Shown here in pieces: positions 1 to 10,468 of a DNA stretch of 64,000 nt. Below the pieces are notes generated by a model. It was not told the origin of the DNA and searched no databases. It saw only the letters and a list, made by a program, of their open reading frames with translations. Source of the DNA: Candidatus Zixiibacteriota bacterium (GTDB taxonomy: Bacteria > Zixibacteria > MSB-5A5 > GN15 > JAAZOE01). The stretch covers positions 37,828 through 101,827 of the forward strand of contig JBDREQ010000039.1 of the NCBI GenBank assembly GCA_043819555.1, in the 5' to 3' direction. A program made the translations under genes and the position numbers. The stretch's first letter is position 1. Each line of letters opens with the position of its first letter.

Positions 1-168
1 GACCAGACGCATTGAATTGATGGTTCGGTCTGGAGATAGATCTTCCATTATCTTATCCGAAGACTGAATTGTCAAATCAAGAAGATAATACCCGGCCAAT
101 ACGATTATCAATGATGGAGCCAATGCGAATAAAATGAGATGACGGAATATTTTTGAGCGCAAATACAT
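1..168 (-). CDS. 5' part of a membrane protein running off the window; possibly a sensor kinase N-terminus
   Basis: Hand-translated from ATG at 168: MYLRSKIFRHLILFALAPSLIIVLAGYYLLDLTIQSSDKIMEDLSPDRTINSMRLV. Basic N-terminus plus one TM helix, open to base 1, starts 5 bp after the NUDIX stop. Not in the ORF track; product is a guess. Confidence 0.6.
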   Translation of the reverse strand, partial: MYLRSKIFRHLILFALAPSLIIVLAGYYLLDLTIQSSDKIMEDLSPDRTINSMRLV

Positions 169-173
169 ATGAT

Positions 174-737
174 TTATATATTATGCCGTTTGCGATACAG
201 AGTTAACGCATCTCGGTGAGCCTGAAAAGCGATATTCTCCGGAATATTTCCGAAATCAAAATAAACCGCCCGGGTGGCATCATCACCTGGAGAAAGTTTG
301 CCCCCAACGACATTGGCGTAATAGAGTACCAGGACGGCGTGAGTGCGGGGATCGTCCATGCCCATAAAGACATCGAACATCGACTGAATAGAAATATCAA
401 GACCCGTTTCTTCTTTTATTTCCCGAATGGCGGTTTGCTGCGGATGTTCATCCCATTCAACAAACCCGGCCGGGATACACCAATCACCCAGCCCGGGGTT
501 AATAGAGCGTTTGACCAAAAGGATGCTATCGTCTTTGACGATAATAGCCCCTGCGGCAGGGGCAGGGTTTTGATAATAGATAAAACCGCATGACCCGCAA
601 TGAGGCCGAATCGCCTCTTCAATCTTAGATATTTCCAGCTTATTTCCGCATCGCGGACAATATTGATAGCCATTGTAGTCGTTAAATTTCTGAAATTGTC
701 TGCCGCTGATAAGATATTTGAGATCATTGTCATTCAT
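174..737 (-). CDS. NUDIX hydrolase with N-terminal Zn-ribbon (ADP-ribose pyrophosphatase-like)
   Basis: CPRCG...CGSC Zn ribbon and Nudix box PAGFVEWDEHPQQTAIREIKEETG. Second ATG (737) chosen because it overlaps the upstream stop. Confidence 0.9.
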   Translation of the reverse strand: MNDNDLKYLISGRQFQKFNDYNGYQYCPRCGNKLEISKIEEAIRPHCGSCGFIYYQNPAPAAGAIIVKDDSILLVKRSINPGLGDWCIPAGFVEWDEHPQQTAIREIKEETGLDISIQSMFDVFMGMDDPRTHAVLVLYYANVVGGKLSPGDDATRAVYFDFGNIPENIAFQAHRDALTLYRKRHNI

Positions 738-2985
738 TGCCGTTCGCACCGTTCATTTTCAGGACAACGATAGTCGTGTCATCTTCGGCTGTTTGTGCCG
801 GGGAGAAATCCCGCACCTCATTTAATATTCCGGCCTGAATCTGTTCCGCGGTTTTATGCCGATTACTCACCAAATAATCAAGAATTCGATTTTCGCCGTA
901 TTCTTCTTCACTTGCATTCATGGCTTCAGAAAGCCCATCCGTATAAAGGAAAAGCAAATCATCCGGCTCAAGTTTTACCTTCACCGATTGGTATAAAACA
1001 TTTTCAAAAGCTCCAATCACGGTTCCGCCCGCTTCCAGATATTCATAATTTCCATTAGAACGAATTAATATGGGGTAATTGTGACCGGCATTCGAAAATT
1101 CAAATTCGCCGGAATTGGGTTTAAACTTTCCGAAAAATAGCGTCGCATATTTTTCAGATGATGATGACAGGCAGGAGACAATATTATTGACATTTGTCAG
1201 GGTTTCCGATACCTCTCGATTATTTCTAATTTCGCTTCTCAGAGTCGCCTGAATCTGGGCCGCCAAAAGAGCCGCCGGCATTCCCTTGCCGGAAATATCG
1301 GCAACAACCATTCCAACTCCACCATCATTGTCGGTTTTGACAAAATCATAAAAATCTCCGCCAACTGTTCGCGAAGGTTCACTATGTGCGCAAATTGTAA
1401 AATTCTTTCCCTGGGGCGGAGTATCCGGCAGTAGTTCGATTTGAATCTGGCGAGCCAGATTCATTTCTTCTTCAAGGCGCTGCTTTACGAGAGAATCGTG
1501 ATATAACCTCACGTTTGACAGGACGACAATCATTTGATTGGCCAACGTCGCCAGTACCGTAAAATCTTCATAGGCGAATTTGAAACCGGTACTTTTATCG
1601 GTCAGGGCCATAAAACCGACCAAATGCTCTCCTTCATTCAAAGGAACCACCAGATGTATGCCATCAGCCCCCATTATAGTCGCCAGCGGTGAACCCCTTT
1701 GCCAGCTTTCAATTCGGTCATAAAAAGTCGGGGCTTTCAATTGGCCAATCGCGCCCAACATTGGATCGGTATTGCTCAGTCGAGATTCAACCTTCCCCCC
1801 CACCGGAAAATAAAGATAGGTTTTACTGGCGTCGTCATAAATTGAAAATCCAACTCCTTCGACCAGCATATTAGATTTTAATGTATCTTCTACGACCTTA
1901 AAAAGTCGCCGCCGGTCGAGAATATTTATAATCTTTGACGATAAGCGATTCATGATGTTCCGATAGTCGGAACGATCGCGAATAAACAACCCCTTAATAA
2001 TATTGTCAACGTAGTTATTGATTGGCTGGAATAAAATCAGGGCAACAATAATAAAACCAATATTGATGAGCGGCAGCTGTTGATCGAAAAAGGATTGAAG
2101 AACCGCCGAAAACTGGGTGATTATAATAACATAAGCGCCTACCAAAAGCGCTGAAGAAACTGTATAAACCAGAGATTGCCTTAGGATTAACCTGATGTCT
2201 AAAAATTGATAGCGGATTATCGCCCAGGCGATAGAACTGACACCGATAACAAGGGCAAGAATCGTCAGAAGCGATGTCCATAGTTCTGATATTTCTATCA
2301 TAAACAGGTTGGGCAGGATAAATGCAAATATATATAAGCCCAGGGATGCATGAATCCCCATAATAATGATGCGAACCTGCTTTCTTAAACGGTCGGCCTT
2401 GACATGCCGCATTCCCCGATACAAATAGATTACGGCAAATATTACATAAGTGAGATTTATGAGCGCAAAAAACTTTTTATGCGACGCCAGGATTAGGCCG
2501 ATTGGTACCATTAACCACTGGAACACAGATAAAATCGGATCGAGCAGGCTCGTCAGCCAATTCTCCTGACCAGGCTTGACTGTAAACCAATTCAATAACT
2601 GATCCGTATCGGAAACAAAAAGAACCAAAATAACATGGAAGAAATGGGGAAGAAAAATTAAAAACCGCCAGCGGATTTTTTTGCCGGCCAGCCGGTCATA
2701 CGGAAATATCCAGGAGAAATAAAGCAAAACCGGGAAAAACAATTCCCAGATATAGAACATATTATAAAGATATGATTCTTTGAGGGGCGCACCGCTTTGA
2801 TACGGAGAAATAACCGTGCCCAGCGCGGCGAAAATCGGCCCCAGCCCCGCCAAAAACAGCATTATTGAGGTTATGCGATTAAGGCGTATCTTGAATGAAT
2901 CCCTTATGATCAGAATCGAAAGGAAAATCAGTCCAAAGCCGAACCCAAAATATATCAGCGCAAATATGAGAGCCTGTGTACCCAT
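730..2985 (-). CDS. Membrane-bound PP2C/SpoIIE-family (RsbU-like) phosphatase with multi-TM sensor and GAF-like region
   Basis: About 9 hydrophobic N-terminal segments; PP2C motifs VGGDFYD, VADISGKG, NAGH, LYTDGLSE, EDDTT. Confidence 0.92.
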   Translation of the reverse strand: MGTQALIFALIYFGFGFGLIFLSILIIRDSFKIRLNRITSIMLFLAGLGPIFAALGTVISPYQSGAPLKESYLYNMFYIWELFFPVLLYFSWIFPYDRLAGKKIRWRFLIFLPHFFHVILVLFVSDTDQLLNWFTVKPGQENWLTSLLDPILSVFQWLMVPIGLILASHKKFFALINLTYVIFAVIYLYRGMRHVKADRLRKQVRIIIMGIHASLGLYIFAFILPNLFMIEISELWTSLLTILALVIGVSSIAWAIIRYQFLDIRLILRQSLVYTVSSALLVGAYVIIITQFSAVLQSFFDQQLPLINIGFIIVALILFQPINNYVDNIIKGLFIRDRSDYRNIMNRLSSKIINILDRRRLFKVVEDTLKSNMLVEGVGFSIYDDASKTYLYFPVGGKVESRLSNTDPMLGAIGQLKAPTFYDRIESWQRGSPLATIMGADGIHLVVPLNEGEHLVGFMALTDKSTGFKFAYEDFTVLATLANQMIVVLSNVRLYHDSLVKQRLEEEMNLARQIQIELLPDTPPQGKNFTICAHSEPSRTVGGDFYDFVKTDNDGGVGMVVADISGKGMPAALLAAQIQATLRSEIRNNREVSETLTNVNNIVSCLSSSSEKYATLFFGKFKPNSGEFEFSNAGHNYPILIRSNGNYEYLEAGGTVIGAFENVLYQSVKVKLEPDDLLFLYTDGLSEAMNASEEEYGENRILDYLVSNRHKTAEQIQAGILNEVRDFSPAQTAEDDTTIVVLKMNGANGNE

Positions 2986-3003
2986 ATTACCAATTAAACG
3001 AAC

Positions 3004-3435
3004 CTATAGCTTTTTGACGATTTCCACCCGGGTTCCTCCACTCGAACCCCGTGAAACAATTAGATCGTCAACGAAATTCTTTACGATATATATCCCGCGC
3101 CCGACTTCTTTTAACAGATTAACATCATCGACCGGATTTTCAACTCGGTCAACATTAAATCCTTCACCTTGATCGGTAATTACCACGCGCAGTTCATTCG
3201 GGGTAATAGAAAACCTGACTTCAACCATTTTTGATATGTCCGATCCATTCCCATGCAAAATCGCGTTATTGACCAACTCGGAAACAGAAATGGCGATATC
3301 GGTAACAATGGAAGGATCAATGCCCGCCTGCAAAAATTTTTCCTCAAGATGCCGGTCAACTTCGGCCAAATAATCGGTGGAGGACGGGATTATTATGCCG
3401 TCAGGTAGTATTTCAGTTTTGCTCATATGATACAC
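3004..3435 (-). CDS. rsbW: Anti-sigma factor / Ser kinase (RsbW-like HATPase_c)
   Basis: SELVNNAILHGN (N box), DQGEGF (G1), GRGIYIV (G2); lies between STAS and PP2C genes. Confidence 0.85.
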   Translation of the reverse strand: MYHMSKTEILPDGIIIPSSTDYLAEVDRHLEEKFLQAGIDPSIVTDIAISVSELVNNAILHGNGSDISKMVEVRFSITPNELRVVITDQGEGFNVDRVENPVDDVNLLKEVGRGIYIVKNFVDDLIVSRGSSGGTRVEIVKKL

Positions 3436-3437
3436 TC

Positions 3438-3468
3438 AAAAAAAAGGCAGGCCATGTCACAACCTGCC
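3438..3468 (-). terminator. Intrinsic terminator between rsbV and rsbW
   Basis: Minus strand reads GGCAGG-loop-CCTGCC followed by T8. Confidence 0.6.
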
Positions 3469-3492
3469 GGATGTTTTTGGGGTTGTGGCAAA

Positions 3493-3828
3493 TTAAAATG
3501 AATCAACGGCCTCATCGACCGAATCGAATGACTTGAAAACGGTTATTAATTTCGTAATCGTTAAAAGCGATTGGATCTTTTCAGTGACATTTGCCAAACG
3601 CAACTCCCCATCAGATTTTCTTAGGGTCGTTAATCCCGAAATCATTAGACCCAAACCGGTTGAATTCATCCAGTCAACTTTGCCCAAATCTATTACGACA
3701 TTTGTCTTTTTTTGCTCGATCAAATCATGTAAAAGATCGTGCAAAGCCGTTGATTCCGGCCCCCCCATGATTTTGCCCTTGGGTTCAATAACAACTATGC
3801 CGTTTTTTTCGAAATGGTTCAGTTTCAT
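3493..3828 (-). CDS. rsbV: STAS anti-sigma-factor antagonist (RsbV-like)
   Basis: VIDLGKVDWMNSTGLG with the phosphorylatable Ser; 111 aa STAS length. Confidence 0.9.
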   Translation of the reverse strand: MKLNHFEKNGIVVIEPKGKIMGGPESTALHDLLHDLIEQKKTNVVIDLGKVDWMNSTGLGLMISGLTTLRKSDGELRLANVTEKIQSLLTITKLITVFKSFDSVDEAVDSF

Positions 3829-4119
3829 ATTTATCTCCTGAATTTGGTTATCTGTGCCTCGGTATCATGAATTTTTGAAATATGTAATACCCTCTATTGC
3901 CAAAAATCTCCCGAGTAACAATACCCATATTAAAGTGTGAAAGTCAAGGTTTTTCTGGACAGCAAACGCGCCACTATTCAAATTTACTATACTCTCTTAA
4001 ATTCTATTTACCGTCATACAATCTCAATTAGGGAACAATAATGTTTAAAACCGTCTCTTTAATGCACCGTCAGATTTGAAAATTAAGTTTTTTACCACAT
4101 TAGAAGTAATTTACGCCAA

Positions 4120-5316
4120 TTAAGTTGCATCCCCGGATGCGGGATCCGAAACGGATGGCGGGGGTGGCGGCGGAACTGGCGGCGGAACCGTTTCATCAAT
4201 TGGTGGAGGAGGAGTAACTTCCGGCTGTTCGGAAATATCCAGCTTTTTTGGTTTCATTCCAAATCGTGAACTGATGACAGCCCCCATACCAATTGATACG
4301 ACTATAAAGCCAAAAACTCCATGACCAATATATGTTAAAATCGCGAGGACATCTAAATCGACAATTTCAAACATCATCGCGAGATATCGCCCCAATTCCA
4401 GAAAAATCACACCCAGTGCACCTGTTAAATACATTGATTCGCTCTTAACCCGAAGGATGCGGCGGATTAATCCTCCGATATAGATGGCGCCACCGACATA
4501 ACCCAGCAGAATTAAAACTGGAAACAAGATTACAACTACCGGCAAAAGAGGTATTCCAATAACCGTAATGGTCAGTATTAAAATGAGAGGGATAAATGAA
4601 ATCCATATCAATAGTCCCCAGAAAAACGAAGATAAAATTGCCGATTTAATCTTTCTGACAATGCGCCGCAAATTATTGGGCATTAGGGCCAAAAATATCA
4701 TACATATAAAAAGCCAAAAAGCGGTAATAATATACTTTACATAATCCAGCAGAAAATCCGATAGTCCAATAATTCGAGGCGACAAATTCTTAAATATCGG
4801 TATTTCCTCTCGAGCTCCCCCGATTTTTCCGCCGCGACGCCGTACAATTTCTCCCGCTATTACGTCTCCCCGTATCTCTCCGCTGCTTTCAACCACTACC
4901 CTTTTAAGACTGATTACGTCATTAGTAACCAGACCCTTAACAACGACGTCATTGAATCCAAAAACAGTTCCCTCGATTCTTTCGTTAATATCTATAAAAA
5001 CATCATCGAATAGTTCCACTAAATCGCCATCGTAAATTTCGGTGCAACGAATCTCTGGCGGTAATAAGATTTCGTCATCTATGGCTTCTTCACCATACTC
5101 GGATTCAGGTCGGGAGTATTTTTGATATTTGACAAATTTCTCCTCGTCGGTATCATAATACCAGGTCTGGCCGGTCGAATCGATGGCAATCGTTTTTTCG
5201 TTGGAATGAGTAATTCGTATAAACTTCTGTCCCGTATCCTCCTGTGCGGAGGCTATTCCGACAGAAAATAAAAAAAATAAAGCAAATGCTAATTTAAAAC
5301 GTAACCTGGTAATCAT
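4120..5316 (-). CDS. Membrane protein with bactofilin/polymer-forming-like beta repeats, multi-TM domain and Pro-rich tail
   Basis: Signal-like N-terminus; V/I-x-G-x-V repeats (IEGTV, VKGLV, IRGDV); 5-6 TM helices; poly-Pro C-terminus. Confidence 0.65.
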   Translation of the reverse strand: MITRLRFKLAFALFFLFSVGIASAQEDTGQKFIRITHSNEKTIAIDSTGQTWYYDTDEEKFVKYQKYSRPESEYGEEAIDDEILLPPEIRCTEIYDGDLVELFDDVFIDINERIEGTVFGFNDVVVKGLVTNDVISLKRVVVESSGEIRGDVIAGEIVRRRGGKIGGAREEIPIFKNLSPRIIGLSDFLLDYVKYIITAFWLFICMIFLALMPNNLRRIVRKIKSAILSSFFWGLLIWISFIPLILILTITVIGIPLLPVVVILFPVLILLGYVGGAIYIGGLIRRILRVKSESMYLTGALGVIFLELGRYLAMMFEIVDLDVLAILTYIGHGVFGFIVVSIGMGAVISSRFGMKPKKLDISEQPEVTPPPPIDETVPPPVPPPPPPSVSDPASGDAT

Positions 5317-5317
5317 C

Positions 5318-6388
5318 TTAAAATTCCGAAAGAATTATCTCTCCCGATTTTGTCATCAGCGATACCTTCGGTCCCCCATGACCAAAAATGCCGGTTATCC
5401 TCGTCTTTGAAAAAGAATCAATTGAAATCGGGATCCGGGTATCGATATCGCCCGATTCCGCCTCGATTTTTATCTCCCCTCCGGAGGCAACCGGAACTAA
5501 AAACTCAATTGAGCCCGAAACGGTTTCTATAAAATAATCTTTGATCGAATTCAGCCCGGTCTTAATATTGATGTTACCCGACTCGGTAGAAACATCAAGC
5601 GCTCCAAAATCCTGCGAAATATTAATCTTCCCTGAAGTTGATTTGAGCCTGATATCGCCCTCGATATGCTTCAAATCCATATTACCTGTAGTCTGGATCA
5701 GTATTAAATCACCGACAAGGTATTCTCCAGTTATCTGTCCGGAACTGTTTCGAATCTCAACGTCACCATTAATGGAATAAAAATTGACATCAGAACCGCT
5801 GGCATTGATACTTATTTTACCCTCAATATCATTCAATTCCACCAAGCCGGAGGTAGTAGTAATTTCCAGAGCACCCTGATTATCTCTTATAGTGATGTTA
5901 CCAGCCGTTCCGGAGATAAACAGCTTACCTCGAATTCCTGCCGTTTCAACATCCCCGGATGAGCTGTAAATATCTGCATTGCAATCAGTTGGAACGGAAA
6001 TAACAAAATCAATCGAACCATAAGAAGATTCGCCCGATTTACCAAGAATTTTTTTCCAGAAGGAAGGCGAACGATCCTGAATTTTCAAAAATTGTGGTTC
6101 TATTGAAAAATGGCCGTCAACCTGGGCAACGCTAATCTGTACATGGTCGGCAACCAAATCGGCTTCATCTTTACTGTCGGCGTTAATTTTTTTGACGGCT
6201 TCAATTTTCAATATATTTTCATTGTTGGTCGTCAGAATAATATTACCATTGGCGCCTTTAATGGTCAGCTCCAGACCGGGTTCGACATCTATTATCTTTT
6301 GATATTCATACTGATAATCTTTTCCATAAGATGACCCTGCCTGAAGTATTAACATCAATAGAACTATGATAAACCGAGACAAAACCAA
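5318..6388 (-). CDS. DUF4097-like (putative adhesin) beta-strand repeat protein, exported
   Basis: Signal peptide; repeated T-x-S-G-x-I motifs (TTSGLV, NSSGQI, STSGKI, TESGNI, TVSGSI, TKSGEI). Confidence 0.8.
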   Translation of the reverse strand: MVLSRFIIVLLMLILQAGSSYGKDYQYEYQKIIDVEPGLELTIKGANGNIILTTNNENILKIEAVKKINADSKDEADLVADHVQISVAQVDGHFSIEPQFLKIQDRSPSFWKKILGKSGESSYGSIDFVISVPTDCNADIYSSSGDVETAGIRGKLFISGTAGNITIRDNQGALEITTTSGLVELNDIEGKISINASGSDVNFYSINGDVEIRNSSGQITGEYLVGDLILIQTTGNMDLKHIEGDIRLKSTSGKINISQDFGALDVSTESGNINIKTGLNSIKDYFIETVSGSIEFLVPVASGGEIKIEAESGDIDTRIPISIDSFSKTRITGIFGHGGPKVSLMTKSGEIILSEF

Positions 6389-6402
6389 TTGTCAGCCTCC
6401 CG

Positions 6403-6966
6403 TCAAATACCTCGCAATTTCTTTTTCAAAAGCTCTCGAGCGCGAAATATCCTGGCTTTTATCGTTCCGACCGGAACTCCCAGTTCGTCGGCAATCTCCT
6501 CGTAAGATTTCTCTTCCTGATGCCGCGCGATAATAACTTTGCGGTATTTGTTGGGCAAAGCGCTAATCGCTTCATCAATCGATGATGCTCTCTCCCGCCG
6601 AACCATTTCTTCTTCAGGATGATGCCGATTATCCGGAATATCGATTGTAACCTGGCCGTTTTCGGTGCTTATCGGATTATCAAGCGACAACGCATTTATC
6701 CTTTTTTTTCTAATGTAATCGATTGAAGCATTTGCCGCGATTTTATACAGCCAGGTAGAAAATCGAAATTCGGAACGATAGGTTTTCAAAGAGCTAAAAG
6801 CTTTCATAAACGTATCCTGGGCCAGATCGGATGCGATTTCTTTATCCCGCACAATCCGAAAAATAACATGAAGTACCGATCCCTGATGTTTCTCAACCAG
6901 GCCTCGATAAGCCTTTTGATCGCCTCTTAGGGCTTTTTCAATCAGTATATCGTCATCTAATGGCAA
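6403..6966 (-). CDS. ECF sigma-70 factor (SigW/RpoE-like)
   Basis: Region 2 DLAQDTFMKAF...FSTWLYKIAAN; region 4 SYEEIADELGVPVGTIKARIFRAR. Confidence 0.93.
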   Translation of the reverse strand: MPLDDDILIEKALRGDQKAYRGLVEKHQGSVLHVIFRIVRDKEIASDLAQDTFMKAFSSLKTYRSEFRFSTWLYKIAANASIDYIRKKRINALSLDNPISTENGQVTIDIPDNRHHPEEEMVRRERASSIDEAISALPNKYRKVIIARHQEEKSYEEIADELGVPVGTIKARIFRARELLKKKLRGI

Positions 6967-7099
6967 CTCTTTGCCCTCAATCTAAACTACGGCACAGAAC
7001 TTTGTTAGTTGCAGAGATTGCGCCCCAAAATACCCTGTAACCAATTAAAACACAATATAAATAACATCCGTCATGGAAATTCCGAAAATACGGACCATA

Positions 7100-7435
7100 T
7101 TACTTATCAGTCCATAATTCATAGGCCCGCCGCAAATGCGGTATAACGATTGACCCTCCGACAATCAAAGCGATAGACATCGTTTCATCGAATTCCTCGT
7201 CTGAAACTCCTTCTTCAATACACCGGTCGATGTGATAAGTAATACAATCATCACAGCGTAAAACCGTCGATGCGACCAAGCCCAATAGTTCTTTAGTTTT
7301 AACGTCGAGAGCTCCTTTTCGATAACAGGCGGAATCGATCCCGAAAAAGCGTTTTATATTAAGATTGTCCCGATCGAGGATCACTTTATTCATAGTTTCC
7401 CGACGCTCCCGAAAAGCCTTAATTTTCTCGTTCAT
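7100..7435 (-). CDS. Carboxymuconolactone decarboxylase / AhpD-like protein
   Basis: GALDVKTKELLGLVASTVLRCDDCITYH (CxxC-x-x-x-H). Confidence 0.88.
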   Translation of the reverse strand: MNEKIKAFRERRETMNKVILDRDNLNIKRFFGIDSACYRKGALDVKTKELLGLVASTVLRCDDCITYHIDRCIEEGVSDEEFDETMSIALIVGGSIVIPHLRRAYELWTDK

Positions 7436-7531
7436 AATTTCCTCTTATTTTTAAAACAGCAACGATGCATTCAATAAAATTAGGCAGGAACAAAATTACA
7501 AGAGAGAATTTTTGACAAATGTAAGGCAGTA

Positions 7532-8644
7532 TTATTTTTTGATCCCGCCCAGCAGACGCTTTAAATCTTCAATCGGCTTGACTGGTGTCGGGTCGACGCC
7601 ATTTAGAATCGCTAAATAAAAACTTGTAAAATCAGCTATTTGTACGAGTGAAAAGAGACGTTGGAGCTCATCGTCACCGCTGGATTCAATCTCAATGACT
7701 TCGACACCTTTGGCTTCAATCATTTCTTTAACAATATTCATTCGGGATTTGATCATGATACGGCTATTAATCAATTCATCGGAAGAAGTATAATCAGAAC
7801 GATCCCTTAGAAGTACTGCGATTATTTTGTCTTTGATTAATTCTATTCTTTCCCAGCCGACGATTTCGTTATGATTGCATTCTGGGAATTGATTGACAAA
7901 TGATAAGACCTTGGCATTTTCGCTCAATTGCCCTTTAAATCGAATCGCGGCAGCTGATGTAAAATTGGTATTTGAATAAATTACCGGGATTTTATTATAG
8001 AGCTTTTCAGCCCATTGTTTACAATTGTTATCTTTCAACAGCTTATCTATTAGATAGGATTTGGCCTGAATACCAAGAAATGAGGCAAGATTTTCTAAAT
8101 CCGAGGGTTGAAGGCGGGAGACAATCAAGTTATACAAAAGCATCACCAGAAGCCCGAATGAGTACCCAAGGGCGGCACGAGGTTGAATATCTTCTTTAGG
8201 TGATAGAATCGGGATATTTTTCCTCTTTGCGAACTCACCTATAGCTCCCCCAGTTGTAATAGCAAAAACTTTACACTTGCGGGAAACAGCCTGATACATG
8301 GCTGTCAGTGTTTCTTCAGTATTCCCTGAGTAAGACGAAACAATAACAACCGTTTTATCACGAGCAAAATACGGGAGATTATAGTCTCTGGAGACGATAA
8401 TCGGAATTTTTGGATACTCACCCAATACGGCTATGGCCAGATCTCCCCCAATGGCCGACCCGCCCATGCCGCAAATGACTATATTATCGATTTTATCTAT
8501 ATCCGGAAAATCTTCAGGATCGATTTTAGCTTGCTCCCAGATTTTAATCGCATCGCGAATTTGATTGGGAAAATCAACGATAGCATCATACATCCCACTC
8601 GGATCAAGTTCTTTAATTTTTCCCAAATTATCAAGAATACTCAT
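7532..8644 (-). CDS. Bifunctional phosphoglucose/phosphomannose isomerase (SIS family)
   Basis: GMGGSAIGGD, SYSGNTEET, ENAK, PECNHNEIVGW, DPTPV. Confidence 0.92.
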   Translation of the reverse strand: MSILDNLGKIKELDPSGMYDAIVDFPNQIRDAIKIWEQAKIDPEDFPDIDKIDNIVICGMGGSAIGGDLAIAVLGEYPKIPIIVSRDYNLPYFARDKTVVIVSSYSGNTEETLTAMYQAVSRKCKVFAITTGGAIGEFAKRKNIPILSPKEDIQPRAALGYSFGLLVMLLYNLIVSRLQPSDLENLASFLGIQAKSYLIDKLLKDNNCKQWAEKLYNKIPVIYSNTNFTSAAAIRFKGQLSENAKVLSFVNQFPECNHNEIVGWERIELIKDKIIAVLLRDRSDYTSSDELINSRIMIKSRMNIVKEMIEAKGVEVIEIESSGDDELQRLFSLVQIADFTSFYLAILNGVDPTPVKPIEDLKRLLGGIKK

Positions 8645-10410
8645 TGCAGCCAGCCGCCTTTCTTTTGCTGCCGTGTATATTCGTAAGCCTCGCGCAAAGC
8701 CCGTGATATCTTTTTAACGGTTGTCAGCCTCATCAGACGCGATACAAACCGTTTGGACTGGAGATAATCTAATCGCGAAATCCAGTCGGCGATTCCCGGT
8801 ATCAAGGCCGGGTTCATTGACAGTTCATCGACGCCAAGTCCGACGAAAAAAGGAGTCAAATTTTTATCGCCAGCCATTTCTCCGCACACCGCCACCGGAA
8901 TGCCATTGTCATGGGCGGCCAGGACCGTCATCTGGATCAGCTTTAAAACCGACGGATGATAAGGAATATAATATTTGGCGACGCGATGATTAGCGCGATC
9001 AGCCGCCATTGTGTATTGTACCAGATCATTGGTTCCAATCGAAAAGAAATCAACCAATTCGGCCAGGTAATCCGCCTGCATTGCGGCCGAGGGAACTTCA
9101 ATCATAGCGCCAATCCGAATATTGTCATCATATGGTATCCGGGATCTCTTCAATTCGTTTTTTACCGTTTTTATCAAATCGCGCGTAGCGATAATCTCTG
9201 GCGCATCTGAAACCATTGGCAGGAGAATTCGGATATTACCGCAAACCGAAGCCCTGAGAATAGCTCTTATTTGGGTTTTCAATTGTTGGATTGAATCCAG
9301 AGAAACACGAATCCCCCTCCAGCCAAGGGCGGGATTTTCCTCATGAAGATTCTCCATTCCTTCGGCATATTTATCTCCTCCAAGATCAAAAGTCCTCAAG
9401 GTTACGGGAAGAGGACGAAATTTATCAGCGATCTGAAAATAATTTTGAAACTGCTCTTCTTCAGATGGAAATGACTGGTCATTGAAATACAGAAATTCTG
9501 TGCGATAAAGCCCGACTCCGATCCCAAGACGAATCAGATGTTTGTCAAGCGGGCCGGGAATTTCGAGATTGGCCGCTATGCCATAGCGATGACCGTCCCG
9601 CGTTAGGGGGTTAATCGTTTTAGCCCGACCGAGAACCGCAAACGGCTGCGATTGTTTGCGGGTCCGGATACGATGGTAATTGTCGAGAATTTCTGAATCG
9701 GGATTGATAATAACTTCGCCTATATTTCCGTCAATTATCATTTTCATACCGGTTGTCAATGAATCGGCAATGCTGATTTCCGTCATTACAGCAGGTATTC
9801 CGAGGGAACGCACGATTAATCCCATGTGGGATGTCGGCCCGCCTTCTTCAGTCAAAAATCCAACGACTTTCTTTTTGGAATAAGACATTATCTGGCCGGG
9901 ACTGAAAATCCGTCCTACCAGAATTGTCGGCTTTTTAAAATCGTTTTGAATGCTCGCACCGACACCGAGGAGCAGCGATAAAACCCTCTCGGAAACTGAT
10001 TTTATATCATTTATCATTTGCCGCAAATACGGATCACGAGATTTTTGCAGAGCGGACAGGGTCTCGGCCAGAATTTCCTGAAAAGCGTATTCGGCATTTA
10101 CTCGCCCATCCCTAATAGCATCAATTACGCTCTCCTGAAATTTCTTGTCCGAAGCAATCATAACCTGCGCGTCAAATACATTTGCCCCCTGTTCCCCAAT
10201 GGCAAGTACAGCCTTATTGCGCGCCATTTCCAGTTCGGAAACCGTTTTATTAAGCGCTGTTTCCAGACGGATAATTTCTGATTTAATTTTCTGCTGTGGA
10301 ATCGCTCTTCTGACAACCTGCAGGGTCGGATCCCGAACGACTTGCACTTCGCCAATCGCCAAACCGCCCGATACCGGAACACATTTTATTTTGAAATTTT
10401 CACTTTTCAT
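8641..10410 (-). CDS. ptsI: PEP-protein phosphotransferase (PTS enzyme I)
   Basis: GGPTSH phospho-His motif, GLYRTEFL, EENPALGWRG, SIGTNDL, CGEMAG. Confidence 0.96.
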   Translation of the reverse strand: MKSENFKIKCVPVSGGLAIGEVQVVRDPTLQVVRRAIPQQKIKSEIIRLETALNKTVSELEMARNKAVLAIGEQGANVFDAQVMIASDKKFQESVIDAIRDGRVNAEYAFQEILAETLSALQKSRDPYLRQMINDIKSVSERVLSLLLGVGASIQNDFKKPTILVGRIFSPGQIMSYSKKKVVGFLTEEGGPTSHMGLIVRSLGIPAVMTEISIADSLTTGMKMIIDGNIGEVIINPDSEILDNYHRIRTRKQSQPFAVLGRAKTINPLTRDGHRYGIAANLEIPGPLDKHLIRLGIGVGLYRTEFLYFNDQSFPSEEEQFQNYFQIADKFRPLPVTLRTFDLGGDKYAEGMENLHEENPALGWRGIRVSLDSIQQLKTQIRAILRASVCGNIRILLPMVSDAPEIIATRDLIKTVKNELKRSRIPYDDNIRIGAMIEVPSAAMQADYLAELVDFFSIGTNDLVQYTMAADRANHRVAKYYIPYHPSVLKLIQMTVLAAHDNGIPVAVCGEMAGDKNLTPFFVGLGVDELSMNPALIPGIADWISRLDYLQSKRFVSRLMRLTTVKKISRALREAYEYTRQQKKGGWLQ

Positions 10411-10468
10411 TATACATCCCCACCATATGATAATTTCCCCTTCGCTATCTTATCATTCCGAAATGCAA

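Noticed and set aside
3880..3950. SigB-type promoters (GGGTAT twice on the minus strand) upstream of rsbV
   Set aside because: No properly spaced GTTT -35; a sigma70-like TTGACT-18-TATTGT explains the region as well.
4140..4220. GGC/GGT-rich repeat-looking stretch
   Set aside because: It encodes the poly-proline tail of the 4120-5316 protein and is not a DNA repeat element.
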